Source: Atractiella rhizophila (taxonomy: Eukaryota). Taken from it: a stretch of 64,000 nucleotides of DNA. The notes under the pieces are model-generated. The model was not told the DNA's origin and ran no database searches. It saw nothing but the letters and a program-made list of their open reading frames with translations. Shown here piece by piece: positions 63,577 through 64,000 of this stretch (positions are counted from its first letter, which is position 1; each line of letters starts with the position of its first letter). The stretch covers positions 1-64,000 of the forward strand of contig MU271402.1 of the NCBI GenBank assembly GCA_021432655.1, read 5' to 3'. A program made the position numbers and the translations under genes.

Positions 63577-64000
63577 TCACTTAAAGATCAAATGAAAGTC
63601 ATCCCAATTACGGTAGAAGAACATGATCACGAAAAATAAGCCGAATAGAGACCCATAAAATAACATCTCCCTTCTTTTCTCGCATTCTTCACACTCTCGC
63701 AGCGCAGTCAATCCGATCCAATCCAGTTCAAAGTCTCCATGCTGTTTATTGAAATTTGACCGGCACATGATCGAAATCCTGCCCATCGACAAGCATATCA
63801 ACACTCCTCCTCTTAGAATGAAAAGAACAGCTACGAACTCGACAATGTGTTGTCTCCTCAATCCTAGTCGCCCGTTCTTTGGCACTTCCCTCCCCCTATA
63901 AGTTTCTTTGAAGCTGTTCCAGGGGACGATTACATCCCTCTCCTCTCCCGGCTTTATCTTCAAGTCTTTCTTCACATCAAAAGCGTACTCGTGTACCACT
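63577..64000 (-). CDS. CIA30/NDUFAF1-like domain protein with C-terminal TM helix (5' end outside window)
   Basis: VPWNSFKETYRGRE, ISIMCRSNFNKQHGDFEL, hydrophobic tail MLFYGSLFGLFFVIMFFY. Confidence 0.75.
   Translation of the reverse strand, partial: VVHEYAFDVKKDLKIKPGEERDVIVPWNSFKETYRGREVPKNGRLGLRRQHIVEFVAVLFILRGGVLICLSMGRISIMCRSNFNKQHGDFELDWIGLTALRECEECEKRREMLFYGSLFGLFFVIMFFYRNWDDFHLIFK

Overview
This is gene-dense fungal nuclear DNA with many short (~45-60 nt) GT-AG introns. The gene families suggest a basidiomycete, probably Pucciniomycotina (inference). Normal-orientation genes include an NAD(P)-binding reductase, a CTL/Pns1 transporter, a secreted BBE-type FAD oxidase, three F-box proteins, an ABCF ATPase, mitochondrial bL34, a Zn2Cys6 factor, an NTF2/SnoaL-like protein, mannitol-1-phosphate dehydrogenase, an ERCC6L2-like SNF2 ATPase, a GH16-CBM52 glucanase, ATG2, a peroxisomal acyl-CoA ligase and a CIA30-domain protein. 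The main discovery is that the apparent ORF desert around the 25-N gap is mirror-image DNA: ~27.88-28.68 kb and 28,707-32,706 are each reversed without being complemented. Read backwards, or as the unreversed complement, they encode a complete spliced 2OG-Fe(II) oxygenase, both ends of a Vms1/ANKZF1 gene and the 3' half of the Zn2Cys6 factor. Re-reversing each block restores in-frame continuity with the right flank and puts the two Vms1 halves in the correct order across the gap. This is almost certainly a gap-filling artefact rather than new biology, but it hides three genes from six-frame annotation. I found no tRNA, rRNA, CRISPR array or intact transposon. Exon boundaries were worked out by eye and are approximate.
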